Positions 50,101-55,839 of a stretch of DNA of 63,452 bases are shown piece after piece. The stretch covers positions 1 through 63,452 of the forward strand of contig JBAROI010000095.1 of assembly GCA_049642015.1 (NCBI GenBank), in the 5' to 3' direction. Position numbers and translations under genes: made by a program. The notes below the pieces were generated by a model that was not told the origin of the DNA, searched no databases, and worked only from the letters and a program-made list of their open reading frames with translations. Positions within the stretch are counted from its first letter, which is position 1; the number at the start of each line of letters is the position of its first letter. The stretch comes from Candidatus Omnitrophota bacterium. Its GTDB lineage: Bacteria > Omnitrophota > Gorgyraeia > Tantalellales > Tantalellaceae.

Positions 50101-51955
50101 GCTTTACGGCGGGGTGATCCGCTTCAGCAACGGGCCTACTCATGGAAGGCCTGTACGGGTCGGCTGCACTTAGCGCTTTATAAAGAACTTCGATCCTTGG
50201 GTCATCCTTCCTGTCGTGGAAATACCCTTCAAGGAACACGCGGATAGGATCAACCCCGGTCCGTTCGAGCAGCATTTTAAAAGATGCGTGTTTTACAAAA
50301 AAATCTTTATAATGCCGGATCGCCTGGAAGACGCCAATAAACCGGCAGGCGATCATCTTTTTGGGGTTTGAAATTCTGTCGACACGTTTCGATGTCTCAA
50401 AATCTTTCATCCGCTGTTCAGGCCCCTGTTCGCCCTCAATGAGCAGACAATTGTTCTGGTGGGGCCATTTGAGAAAATAACCTTTATCGTTGGCCCGCCT
50501 GACCTGCACGCCGTGATTGAGGGCAAAATTTCTAACTCTTTCGATAACCTCTGGGATGTTTTCGCTTATACTTTCATCCGGTCCTCCCGATCTTTCGGCA
50601 GCCTTTAAACGATCCGCTTCTTCTTTTACCTCCGGAAGGTCTTCGAAGAGTAATTGTTCCAGCGTGATCTCGGGGGCCTCGGGCACGAGCATGGCCACAA
50701 AATGTCCCTTTTCTTCTCCAAGCTGAATGTCCGGGTAAACGCCTCGAGCCAATCGTAAAGCCCTTGATATATCGTCTTCGAGGGCCGGCTTCATGATATC
50801 AAACTCATTTTTTGCCCCATCCTTGGACATCGCCCCTAAAATATGTTTAGCTTCTACGAATTCTATCTTTCCCTCGTCATCCGCAACCCAGGTTTTAGTG
50901 GGGCCGTCCTTGAATTCTTCCGAGGAAGGGGGAAATATACCGTGGTACGTCGTGCCTTTTAATTTTACGTAACGGAACGTAACGTTATTTACCGTTATCG
51001 GCTCTTTAAGTTTGAGCCACATGGACCTTGCGGCAAAAAGATGATCCGGGTCCATGTTTTGCCGGTCCCACGAAAGGCATTGCTGGATCCTTTTAAATAT
51101 TCCCGGGTCATGTTCTTCCAAAAGTTTCCTTGTTTCTTCGTCCCATTCTATTATCTTTGAACGCAGCGGCTGGGGCCTGATCACTTTCCACAAGGACCTG
51201 GCGATCTCCATGTAAACATTATTGACATCTTTTACTGGAAGCCATAACGCGTCTTTCTTCTTTAGCAGCCCTACTTTGCCTCCCAGCGCTTTATGCGCTT
51301 CATCATCCGGATTATAAAGCACTATTCTTTTAAGGTTTTCTAGATCGTAGTCATATAATTTTCCGGAACTTCTTAATCGTCTTAGTATTGTTGCGTCCGA
51401 AAAAATAAACTTGATGTATGTTATGAATCGCTTTGCCAGGTATTTATCAAACCCTCTTATTTCAATGTCGATCTCGGGATCATCCGGGTTTTTCTTCGGG
51501 AAACGCAACCGAAATCTTTTCTCTTCTACCTTCTCTAAAGAAACAGATTTATTCTTTGCGTCGACAACGGCATTGTATTTGTTTACGGGACCTCCCGCTT
51601 TATCCACGACTGAACATGGAATAATCCATTTTTCGGCCTTTTCATCGTATTCTTTGTTTTCAAAATCAAGAACGATGAACTGCCCATCAAGAGCCGGAAG
51701 CGTAAGCCTAAGTTTGAAATCCTCCTGCTTCTCGAGCGACTCTACGATGCCCTTCGTGTAGAACTTCAGCATCATCTCATGTGTTATTGTCTGGCTAACG
51801 ATAGGATTAAAAGCGGATTGGACTTGAAGACAGGTATTGTTTTTCGATGTGAAGAGATCCGGGTTTGCCGATGAGATGTTATTTATAGTGAAAAGACACA
51901 CTATTACGATAGATATGATCTTAATCCAAATAGTGTGCCTTTTTTGCCAAGCCAT
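35156..51955 (-). CDS. giant (5,599 aa) membrane-anchored multidomain protein of unknown function
   Basis: Uninterrupted 16,800-nt ORF. ATG at 51955 lies 8 nt after AGGGGGT. N-terminal TM anchor. Recognisable modules are listed as separate 'other' features below. No alternative long ORF exists on any other frame of this interval. Confidence 0.9.
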   Translation of the reverse strand: MAWQKRHTIWIKIISIVIVCLFTINNISSANPDLFTSKNNTCLQVQSAFNPIVSQTITHEMMLKFYTKGIVESLEKQEDFKLRLTLPALDGQFIVLDFENKEYDEKAEKWIIPCSVVDKAGGPVNKYNAVVDAKNKSVSLEKVEEKRFRLRFPKKNPDDPEIDIEIRGFDKYLAKRFITYIKFIFSDATILRRLRSSGKLYDYDLENLKRIVLYNPDDEAHKALGGKVGLLKKKDALWLPVKDVNNVYMEIARSLWKVIRPQPLRSKIIEWDEETRKLLEEHDPGIFKRIQQCLSWDRQNMDPDHLFAARSMWLKLKEPITVNNVTFRYVKLKGTTYHGIFPPSSEEFKDGPTKTWVADDEGKIEFVEAKHILGAMSKDGAKNEFDIMKPALEDDISRALRLARGVYPDIQLGEEKGHFVAMLVPEAPEITLEQLLFEDLPEVKEEADRLKAAERSGGPDESISENIPEVIERVRNFALNHGVQVRRANDKGYFLKWPHQNNCLLIEGEQGPEQRMKDFETSKRVDRISNPKKMIACRFIGVFQAIRHYKDFFVKHASFKMLLERTGVDPIRVFLEGYFHDRKDDPRIEVLYKALSAADPYRPSMSRPVAEADHPAVKLIRDVEYGSRPDLLKKRMMEETGASELTEFKVPLDTKGSWGLVKDVIAAIESGKLISLRFDNFVDIDNAYKKIRKQLEFLAGDLSKKFSSKDTHDIVFPIKELLKNALEHGNKFDLSLPVFMHIKLDGKGKAERLDVFDAAKPGDADKRMVAAVNGDQENIRDQGIKLIKGEWGYEKKSIEDDRKGVIGTRATVFLKERKRASAAAEERKWEDMPDEERVALFRPKIEEMKASLFAGKEVPSQFDFIIIQAAMFSRSREGLERLLDAIRTFTSNIYEKAGANISDITIQRVFPAAINAIKSEEGFIKVLESMEKLVITVSERIFAGEGVLERGVFWGSTCVRTEKDLIAALEAADSLCKEGVNPEIFLKCGVPAATVTSKSEENFLKAIEVVKKFLIDLEAIRGELEIGRFLDDGLIHAAEAAKSIDKLEMVLQRLLKMIPQTNTPHSVNPAHHFYLRYAAPAAIKASRSKRDLPDALEAAIEFQTAIFAEQKAFNVNSVGTALQETAKAVGSAGEFRKALELAPTLEMYQLSFSSILGQYIPAVTSKERTKDEMKRMVAELRMLGNYFYVPVEINTKKDEETSGKSISIISRELLEREVRAGRIKKIGKRYYFPMKNPLSFSFSDEHNRAHHYYLSEGHMVVYKGTGASMATNQSGVLVGVRKGSGVHLLHGGLPRSEASIEVDVVLREAFERLEKAGNPAMTFAKQHGARIDMIRRPVVEADVLAFPAIVADKEKKGAKKLPTARRVPKELEMPPQVKLIPTEDYLDFIGIPKKGHPEEREPVIYVYDVPCNERMSEVYGKLDLRSFFEYYGYKVDYDSNGDVRKATKDGKAVPYEEMAQEVLKGAAARYGLFLHILHNEFNGCTFNQYGGVFNIPHNHNPLTLFDYDTFRLDLPEKQRKDAFRKDIEEAKGVIETMARTMNVSPAPAIKIFRQVLNEEKTKDREKAKPSPEKRKRQKHFRSGDAAFEALKNELEPFFKGKRGDFDLLISRLSGHKQFIRILANSELIGIDVLKEAILKKPWDVWRAVDVLSGTKMRVQRSLNALKDTSIDHDALRKLFVFNPYYFFIFCSILDLYSGPIEEILDYIDDSGHIDLKWFLKGKGAKLILKVDSEDTFNAVEGLVKMLGLERDNFVIAYYGSVTAERVQSRFPEYRSVDIYKLGNDPGHVWINFSEGHNYSERGVAYIPRNFCETGKIEEEDIPAVRLFNSIHLALKAGELSTPPKKDSSAFFAMPLFLGEQTLDFSWTTFAIVVGGLLFAYLAYRIYRAWTARKQTGAEEYRYKLADEDILWRMVASRKNIPLDKLDEWKRQNPDQVKLLEKQLETILANNDFYGQLIENWDSTMGTVDPSDERFKAFYSDTREVFDRALKARGYDPDDFNLVILDDGYSYPRGFVLPYSNTVCINMGLIRFVVDNGGTVDSFAHILAHELAHVDQFVDDIFEGKELTFPRDFHSWDAIQKLQGRHADEYQADIESLSTIDKAGYTVRGALDMMKAFRERERGQSALQMILTMLSHPLTDERIRKLEKQVNGLHWPSYYNDPTEFSEEFKEAVNLKTRNREFKDWVYPQYPHPNLRLQDIDTALELIRRSDSPEKLFLALDFLIMYVFPTEERSPEERPLAHDEEAQRRIRSAFEEQASRVAGEDKSMIELFRIFFELGTMEGNLNREAERAIAERIGLDNILSALKARLPYEMEPRLKSFFQGLMNKFLLGVIPYTLEEKMTEMVKQDPGRIKDVRSAVEGLEKWKKQMAVMDAVSWDSFVGNEGPSAILQAQQSILGGILGELEIVNNLTPEDVRELLSLADRITVLDLDSYQHSPVVHAMFDLLIEAGPEISSLVWGWLCEDRGEKSALKDRFWLSAFSYFFHSRKDFPGSIEHAFTEWFGDINPETIFSRLGNAEYLFKRSGVNVWEHLLPIIGLVDEDETPLFSFSPEKQMEVVDWLLERTDLYDVETHEFTTGGDIARSVFKRVKRIPISLIEEKLARQGIHLDPSVHPDVKLLIYFYSKGGIADERIFRRIVLEEDLSERDLLVLYEHIKRFGSDPKSVLYKIVQEVPLHYYAARHKNKEKDELWNFYILPLQIQVFSIRITGKKMPAREFDGYYGPGGVSEVDSPILEVFFPREYFPGEVSRQRDLGDPTSSVDVTRFNRSRHVSEDEVRGFVGIIRDSQRSFDEILNDLARIVPPSPYRNFILYCLLVEKKLRDEWGVRIEDDAIYDAASISGKIASLDESKKQQFLELLTQRIIPLLSKDKKIEEENLGVMANVAYKSTKDDARIAEASIIAAHDGEFASYPGLYRAEPGGILAQFDLMVPELASGILAEMLTKPIETKDKIRLISGLLARPSNTRDNHLREVLEKGEPSIRDIDEALPLFYNPHIREKFALRALEMEREESPEKFEALEGELERVTHYFPYLCFNRDDILLNVQSCALTPEDGDLINSLMLQHPDNLRKKTQSQFTFYEDAIREAIKAMNPSDKKDLLLWFMGLRDEKPYNMVYFEYEMRVKLDSLKDRFSGKEGKHYKGVGTSELDDFFVSFLYGEKGILADDNASREFLDALFDAVLPGKTGSIFKTIYDSVFRKRDTDTTTDELRREEVILAMIKKLSQLSRAEGLSGEEKEAAVIRIFLESLGVVGVKLGQFLVSSGLIDEGPIKKALQGLKDSAKPLNKGVVFDAIKKFFGGFYKKFRSLGEEVGSASIKSVYKALLKNGRKGVIKVKRPEAQKKIESDLAFFRRALGDIRDDLAQRDISLPDDMFERIEEMINEEMDFNREAKNQKRLARNLRTRFHPWRGLKRFVKAVAMYFTGKWNYLPQSGSYRFEVPQAIDAGNNSIMIEEFVDGVKLSDMEYIPVEIRRAIANELLRQIFVDGFYHSDPHSGNIFLKDDGKTIVFIDLGSCSEINDENQRNLRDIINGVKNNDLSTIVSAVRTFSPVSEELKSEIDTGVIKSKGSAVNKILKLFNILEKHKIRIPKQLLSIFRFFGSAGYLFEESVPETRGPPSAEQEDVPGEPVIEITDSGAVSFADLSGGKYKTIFGLRVALGSLLSKHGYSEDAEVALDSFFHEIMMNAMKAKGFMRFTDKYGSVESFIARKDMKGEEKYKIVRQYLEEGYKITKLRIQWEINDQNIKIAVSNDSVPDQYHLARIKESYVSSPDIVSLVEEGRFDGDAVATRAFSCTGRGIAIARETAEKAGGSLAYSIENGWTTFSMHVPGPLQKLLSGRTILGILLAGLLTPRLVQAAEVGLQLGQGIGASWVIVPLIMVGIIVFSFLGMMGMGMGGPRLSLEMIEELNVKLKMTLKQLMKITIRIEKEDPVPPEAKVGLEGLKEADRILKEHGAVGIIIGSTAASLYNRRKKDKDLKKHSDIDVVVLTPASQLKKPFEKFEGGIDWWLPEDLSEGETIKDAYNREVKRIFVNGNGVFLRAGVEPDTKLVEVDLPEPGLHLPSRDFAIDLTECVAMALIDPEDEVDTATRAYFRNKIDRDVVRKTMSPVWRKNFAGKVLHKALLKVVEFDLNTVTAINDSTPYVDIEGREKTPKADERTPEVTIPPPPEELKVEAFRQALRYFLRDVFTSEWVDIILASAESYVITGKEKTPGLSSSTYFKKKAGMTLRFVEDPNHGIVGIVEDKGKVIDHITVNYHIGDNLNAGIAKDRTLGWADIKRWQLGEEWIKPREDGTSYVVSKLDKSGRASKTSHYIGKKLAKKGEDVFVLGTLVNVPNFGIILVWHKYDPKTGSIIGQPLKAFVVKEAEVVYGVFRKTILKEFDITKEILDNQAILSAIQQAISKAPCVKSFLTGLIGKWKILSNITFVPDSEGSSEGVLIFQAVDITHPEGKPIEIKLRVKRASPDIFDNFYETSHEGINVQLNEFINSVFKGEAFLIEPNDYGIEGIGARNLVAVLKPFGGTNKKDEASSRLEKDDKIASKMAKLHELAHALIDKQIRESREGRSVFLEYIISKLVYEGKIGEEAIEEYLKEKMKRYGIPDDDKVGRKWKDAWRAHYALRLYQKQYLMEEDKILRDRMIRPFSPQGKYPPEFPPDKIKFKDPMFEEFRGELPIEMEIRKVERNGPLMKPRDKSLEYNLNAGVLALAGRRLLFNRIAINIPGKKDVLRKSWIGLLLHDKSDPKEGEERDEEGGKKREIKELDEKMLMPEDESLCSQLSDVGSKEYLDAQYNYLHATGDDVEHWQSVMSKIERDSEIIALEDARAIEREIWEEVNGKMEKNRYVYVFLTAVRRDGQYFSAVTKHDSHKFLKNVQLLEKGKSAEVNWEWKPLKKLITDMPGNIKNFVPFGNPANGKWYALFRPSMNHNSQMWIAEIDSSGDMYGTWKTVGPYKLTALPPFHWMGPSAYVANVPTEEFIELNGFDLTLVHAAAMDGEDKYYDLRLLLTDNKDPRKKFISEPILKPEKGQPYELENEHDLWIPGVIYSCGAILSGWRPDREKGGYILTIDVYYSGSDTAILWATVEVVVREKKDEEKRRELVEATKELTEGTRGEAPAKEPPVKKPPVEEPSVKESPLEEALAASPGDRESARFPEDEVTVSGDRVLISRKGAYYSFEISPFKRMSDGRKGIILNQVGISRAKGTPPDMLIYSVPIEGDEDRHGLKGILISEDLQEKGLLRPLLNMFFTMYPDVKRIHPGFSNPLTLDFLGKEYGFEPEEGSEPSAWYRRTGKDSILRQRHDKKFRICFKDADTRIRFRDMAGIVDQYQYQVEAAGEELEAVDLKGYDPVCLFTGHALRDNEKFEQALASVPINIRKMPDTGEKPEADLKFLLRDVSDPDELAKNLVEMVVSGTLSRTKIDPLKKKIFLTFDRSIDSDEAVNIFRILEDLKGDDNYKKLLNNLEIVIPGSKQTLSEAIDERLKEKGFRKEDAVIFVFAEESAEDELSWARNKDNVQLAYIQRTEEFRKIHYYPLAEIVTITLARYISKGRLSGFTKEELDAINIAEMRSESAAPNSPLIFKLLPNIERYDHDRRMDRYATMRQVIEAA
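36715..37465 (-). other. giant ORF: GH130-like (5-bladed beta-propeller glycosidase/phosphorylase-like) domain (aa ~4830-5080)
   Basis: NGKWYALFRP, IAEIDSSGD, HWMGPSA, LVHAAAMDGEDKYYDLRLLLTDNKDPRK, EPILKPEKGQPYELEN, IPGVIYSCGAIL, VYYSGSDTAILWATVE. The block order is as in GH130 proteins (GkyymlyR .. yHGv....Y..G..lLD..dP .. pil.P...yE .. nVvF.cG .. iYYGaaDt). Confidence 0.6.
39950..40140 (-). other. giant ORF: minimal nucleotidyltransferase-fold motif (aa ~3940-4000)
   Basis: GIIIGSTAASLYNRRKKDKDLKKHSDIDVVVL fits hG[GS]-x(9-25)-D-h-D-h (DID at aa 3978-3980). It is preceded by two TM helices at aa ~3838-3890 (nt 40285-40444). Confidence 0.5.
40490..40975 (-). other. giant ORF: GHKL / HATPase_c-like module 2 (aa ~3660-3822)
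   Basis: N-box FFHEIMMNAMKAKG (Asn at aa 3682) and G2-like TGRGIAIARETAEKAGGSLAYSIENGWTTFSMHVP. Confidence 0.6.
41370..42240 (-). other. giant ORF: UbiB/ABC1 (AarF)-family atypical kinase domain (aa ~3240-3530)
   Basis: GVKLGQFLVSSGLI...LQGLKDSAKP, GSASIKSVYKALLKNGRKGVIKVKRPEAQKKIESDL, MDFNREAKN, FYHSDPHSGNIFL, VFIDLGSC. These are all the family signature blocks, in the canonical order. Confidence 0.8.
45506..46003 (-). other. giant ORF: peptidase M48-like zinc metalloprotease domain (aa ~1985-2150)
   Basis: NTVCINMGLIRF...FAHILAHELAHVDQ (HELAH at aa 2048-2052; nt 45800-45814), a downstream E..AD (HADEYQADIESL), and LSHPLTDERIRKL (aa ~2134). It follows a TM helix at aa ~1866-1888 (nt 46292-46360). 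Confidence 0.75.
48370..49360 (-). other. giant ORF: array of about 8 helical repeats with ~40-aa period (aa ~865-1195)
   Basis: Recurring pattern h-P-A-A-x4-S/K-x-E-x-F/L-x-K-A-L-E. Examples: VFPAAINAIKSEEGFIKVLESMEKL; CVRTEKDLIAALEAADSL; VPAATVTSKSEENFLKAIEVVKKF; LIHAAEAAKSIDKLEMVLQRLLKM; AAPAAIKASRSKRDLPDALEAAIEF; ALQETAKAVGSAGEFRKALELAPTL. Confidence 0.6.
49555..49858 (-). other. giant ORF: GHKL / HATPase_c-like module 1 (aa ~700-800)
   Basis: N-box-like IKELLKNALEHGNKF (Glu at aa 727) and a downstream glycine-containing segment DQGIKLIKGEWGY...GVIGTRATVFL. There is no adjacent H-box. Confidence 0.5.
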
Positions 51956-52003
51956 ATATATTTACCCCCTAATCTGCCTTTTTATTAATATAACATTAAT
52001 ACT

Positions 52004-52032
52004 ATAATAGCATATAGGGAGTGTTAAGTCAA
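52004..52032 (-). promoter_or_regulatory. predicted sigma70 promoter of the giant ORF
   Basis: Minus-strand TTGACT (52032-52027), 17 nt, TATTAT (52009-52004). It sits in an AT-rich 167-bp spacer, about 50 nt upstream of the ATG. Confidence 0.55.
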
Positions 52033-52122
52033 ACGAAAGTTATATAACTTTTTTAACACCTAACATTTCATAAGTGCTTTTGAGTATTATAGATAGGAAT
52101 GTAGATATGACCTCAACACACT

Positions 52123-52875
52123 TCAATGCCCGGCATTGAAGGTTAGGAGGGTTAGTCCGGTGATTACAAGGTTGGGGTGGACTTTCTTTATATGATGAGA
52201 ATATTTGGCGACGAGTTTCGCGTCGCCACCCGTAGCAACGATCTTTAAAGACCTGCCGTATTTCTTTTTCAGCTTCTCCGCGAGGCCGTCGCACATTGAC
52301 GCATAACCGTAAAGTACGCCGTTGTTCATGCTGCCGCGCGTATCGCGTCCTACCAGGCCTTTGGCGGGTTTAATGTCTACTTTCGGGAGAAGGGCCGCTT
52401 CCTGGATGAGTGAACCAAGGGCTAAACGCAGGCCGGGAAATATCAAGCCGCCCTCGTACTCCCCTTTTCTGTTAACGCAATCCAGGGTCACGGCCGTTCC
52501 GAAATCGATAGAAACGACCGGTGAACCAAAAAGTTCTTTTGCGGCAAACGCGGCGACAAGGCGGTCCTGCCCGACTTCCCGCGGCTTTTTGTACTTATTC
52601 TTTATCGGCACCTTTATGTTTTTTCCGACTACAAGGATGCGGTGCTTCGGCAGGATCATCTTTAGGCTTCTTTTTAAAATGCGCAAAAATTCGGGAACGA
52701 CGCTCACTATTATGATCTTATCGATAGCGCGGATGTTCCTTCCAAGAAGGCGCCTCAGGGCTTTCGACGAAACGGTTTTGCGGGAAGTGCGTATAAAATA
52801 CCGCTTCACGATCCTCTTTCCCTGAGCGATCGCTAAAGACGTATTCGTGTTTCCTATATCTATCAGTAGATCCAT
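52123..52875 (-). CDS. coaX: type III pantothenate kinase
   Basis: 250 aa. LLIDIGNTNTSLAI, SIDFGTAVT, GGDAKL. Confidence 0.9.
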   Translation of the reverse strand: MDLLIDIGNTNTSLAIAQGKRIVKRYFIRTSRKTVSSKALRRLLGRNIRAIDKIIIVSVVPEFLRILKRSLKMILPKHRILVVGKNIKVPIKNKYKKPREVGQDRLVAAFAAKELFGSPVVSIDFGTAVTLDCVNRKGEYEGGLIFPGLRLALGSLIQEAALLPKVDIKPAKGLVGRDTRGSMNNGVLYGYASMCDGLAEKLKKKYGRSLKIVATGGDAKLVAKYSHHIKKVHPNLVITGLTLLTFNAGH

Positions 52876-52877
52876 AT

Positions 52878-53861
52878 TTAACCCGGTTGATTCTTGGCGA
52901 CGTCGCCGCTGAAGACCCTGCGCCTTGAACCGTCGTCCAGTTTAAGAATAAGAGCGCCTTTTTCGTCTATGTCGACAGCGCGTCCTTCAACTATCTTATG
53001 ATGTTCGGTAACTTTCACGTGTTTACCGAGAACGGACGAAACGGCCTTGCACTCATCGCGCAGCGACACAAATCCTTCTCTTTTGAGTGTCGCGTAATCT
53101 TTTTCAAAAATTTCCAGAAAGCGCCTGACCAGTCCGGTGCGGCTGACGCTGTGCCGGCACTCCTCCTTCAGGCTGGTTCCTACCCGCGGCAGCTTCTCCC
53201 GGGCCGTATTGACGTTTATGCCTATACCGAGGATCAAAAAATCCACCCTGTCCGGCTGGGCCTTGATCTCCGTCAATATCCCTCCCGCCTTTTTGCCGTT
53301 TATTATTATATCATTAGGCCATTTTATTTTTACATCTAATTCGCACAATCCGCTTATGGCCTTCGCGGCGCTGATCGCCGCAATAAGAGTGACAGCAGGG
53401 ATCTCGTCTGTTTCAAGATCGGGGCGCAAAATAAGCGACATATAGGCACCGCCGCTTTTCGGCGAGACCCACTCCCTTCCCACTCTTCCTTTGCCGTGAG
53501 TCTGGGATTCGGCGACAACGATCGTCCCTTCCGGCTCGCCTTTCTCGGCCAGCTCATACGCTCTGATATTTGTCGAGCCGACACTTTCATAATGATAGAT
53601 ACCCTTCTTGCCGATAGTCTTCGTATTGAGATTATAATCGATCTCGTACCCGAAAAGTTTGTCGGGGGCGGAAGTTATCCTGTAGCCAAGATGCGGGACG
53701 GCGTCTACGGAATAGCCGTCTTCGCGGAGTTTGGTGATGTATTTCCACACACTGGCACGCGAGACTTCCAGCTTTTTGCTTATGTCTTCTCCGGACACGA
53801 AGTTCCCCGCGTTCTTATAGAAGATGTCCAGTATTTTCTTTTTACTCTCGAATTCCTTCAT
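52878..53861 (-). CDS. birA: bifunctional biotin--[acetyl-CoA-carboxylase] ligase / biotin operon repressor
   Basis: 327 aa. N-terminal winged HTH ([29 protein letters not shown]), [22 protein letters not shown]. Confidence 0.9.
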   Translation of the reverse strand: MKEFESKKKILDIFYKNAGNFVSGEDISKKLEVSRASVWKYITKLREDGYSVDAVPHLGYRITSAPDKLFGYEIDYNLNTKTIGKKGIYHYESVGSTNIRAYELAEKGEPEGTIVVAESQTHGKGRVGREWVSPKSGGAYMSLILRPDLETDEIPAVTLIAAISAAKAISGLCELDVKIKWPNDIIINGKKAGGILTEIKAQPDRVDFLILGIGINVNTAREKLPRVGTSLKEECRHSVSRTGLVRRFLEIFEKDYATLKREGFVSLRDECKAVSSVLGKHVKVTEHHKIVEGRAVDIDEKGALILKLDDGSRRRVFSGDVAKNQPG

Positions 53862-55833
53862 GTTCTTTTCTCAACCGTTTCTTAAGCCGCGCGATCTGAT
53901 CACGGAAGACTATCGCCTTTTCAAACTGCAAGTTCCTCGCCGCTTCTTCCATGTCCATTTCAAGCTCCGCTATAACCTCCATTACGTCCCATTCTTCGGG
54001 GGTTTCACTGATAACGTCCGCCGTAATTTCTTTTGCCCTCCTGTACGATTCGAGCCCTTCCCTTACGGCCTTCATGATCGTTTTTGGTGTAATGCCGTGT
54101 TCCTGGTTGTATTTAAACTGCCTCTCCCTGCGGACGTTTGTAGTCTCGATGGCGTGCTTCATTGAATCGGTCACGTTATCCGCGTAAAGTATTACTTCAC
54201 CGTTGATGTTCCTCGCGGCCCTCCCGGCTACCTGTATTAAAGAGGTGCCGCTTCTCAGGAAACCTTCTTTGTCCGCGTCCAGAACGGCAACCAGGGAGAC
54301 CTCCGGCAGATCCAGGCCTTCCCTCAGCAAATTAATACCGACGAGGCAGTCGAACTTTCCCAAGCGCAGGTCGCGTATTATTTCAACCCGGTCGAGGGCG
54401 TTGATCTCTGAATGAAGGTAACGCACTCTCAATTTCCGCTCCTTAAGAAAACGGGTAAGCTCTTCCGCCAGGCGTTTGGTAAGAGTGGTTACCAGGACTC
54501 TTTCGTTCTTTTCGGCGCGTTTCTTTATTTCCTCAATAAGATCATATATCTGGTCTTTTGTAGAGCGCACGGATATCGGCGGGTCGACCAATCCCGTGGG
54601 ACGAATGACCTGCTCCGTCACGACACTGCTGTTTGAGATCTCGTAGTTCGTGGGAGTTGCTGAAACAAAAAGAAGCGGCTTTACTATATCCATGAACTCT
54701 TCGAACTTGAGGGGTCTGTTGTCCAGCGCCGACGGAAGCCGGAAACCGTAATCCACAAGGGTTCGCTTTCGCGCCTGGTCCCCGTTATACATCGCGCGCA
54801 GCTGCGGCAACGCCACGTGGGACTCGTCTATTATAACAAGAAAATCATCCCCAAAGTAGTCAAGAAGGCACCACGGCCGGCTGCCCGGCTCCCTCCCGGA
54901 TATATGCCTTGAATAATTTTCAATGCCGCTGCAGTAACCGAGCTCGTTCAGCATCTCCATGTCGTACTTGGTCCTGGACTCGAGCCGCTGGGCCTCAAGG
55001 AGCTTGTTCTCTCCCTTGAGCTCTTTAAGCCTTTCTTCCAGCTCTTCCCCTATGGATTTCACGGCCTTTTTCACTTTGTCTTCTGTCGTAACAAAATGCT
55101 TGGCGGGATAAACCGCAACCTTGTCCAGACTTGTAAGGATATCTCCCGAGACCGGATCTATCTCGGAGATGCGCGTGACTTCGTCCCCGAAAAACTCTAT
55201 CCTTAGAGCGGTCTCCTTGTACGCCGGGAGGATCTCCACGATATCGCCCCGCACCCTGAACTTTCCGCGCTGCAGGTCATAATCGTTGCGTTCGTACTGG
55301 ATATCCACAAGTTTCTTCAGGAATTCGTCCCTGGATACTTCTTCTGAAAGGCGCGCTTCCGCCAGCATACTGGAATAGTCTTCCGGGGAACCGAGTCCGT
55401 AAATACACGAAACACTGGCAACGATCACAACGTCATTGCGGGAAAAAAGCGAGCTTGTAGCGGACAATCTCAGCCGGTCTATGTCCTCGTTTATCGAAGC
55501 GTCTTTTTCGATATAGAGATCCGTCTGGGGTACATACGCTTCCGGCTGATAATAATCATAGTAACTGACAAAGTATTCCACGGCGTTTTTCGGAAAAAAA
55601 CCCTTGAACTCCGCGTAAAGCTGCGCCGCGAGGGTCTTGTTGTGGGATATCACCAGAGTGGGCTTGTTCAATGCCGCGATGATGTTGGCCATCGTAAAGG
55701 TCTTGCCGCTCCCCGTCACGCCAAGAAGCGTCTGAAAACGATGTCCCGCGTCTATGGACTTCGTGATCTTTTCGATTGCTTCGGGTTGGTCGCCTGAAGG
55801 CTTGAAATCAGCTACTATCTGAAACTTATCCAT
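53842..55833 (-). CDS. uvrB: excinuclease ABC subunit B
   Basis: 663 aa. [10 protein letters not shown], Walker [19 protein letters not shown]-terminal UVR domain ([17 protein letters not shown]). Confidence 0.97.
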   Translation of the reverse strand: MDKFQIVADFKPSGDQPEAIEKITKSIDAGHRFQTLLGVTGSGKTFTMANIIAALNKPTLVISHNKTLAAQLYAEFKGFFPKNAVEYFVSYYDYYQPEAYVPQTDLYIEKDASINEDIDRLRLSATSSLFSRNDVVIVASVSCIYGLGSPEDYSSMLAEARLSEEVSRDEFLKKLVDIQYERNDYDLQRGKFRVRGDIVEILPAYKETALRIEFFGDEVTRISEIDPVSGDILTSLDKVAVYPAKHFVTTEDKVKKAVKSIGEELEERLKELKGENKLLEAQRLESRTKYDMEMLNELGYCSGIENYSRHISGREPGSRPWCLLDYFGDDFLVIIDESHVALPQLRAMYNGDQARKRTLVDYGFRLPSALDNRPLKFEEFMDIVKPLLFVSATPTNYEISNSSVVTEQVIRPTGLVDPPISVRSTKDQIYDLIEEIKKRAEKNERVLVTTLTKRLAEELTRFLKERKLRVRYLHSEINALDRVEIIRDLRLGKFDCLVGINLLREGLDLPEVSLVAVLDADKEGFLRSGTSLIQVAGRAARNINGEVILYADNVTDSMKHAIETTNVRRERQFKYNQEHGITPKTIMKAVREGLESYRRAKEITADVISETPEEWDVMEVIAELEMDMEEAARNLQFEKAIVFRDQIARLKKRLRKEHEGIRE

Positions 55834-55839
55834 GGGGCG

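Noticed and set aside
52040-52294. An 84-aa minus-strand ORF spanning the coaX 3' end and the giant-gene promoter spacer.
   Set aside because: It overlaps coaX in another frame and has an Arg/Pro-rich composition with no RBS. The region is better explained as the coaX terminus plus a promoter.
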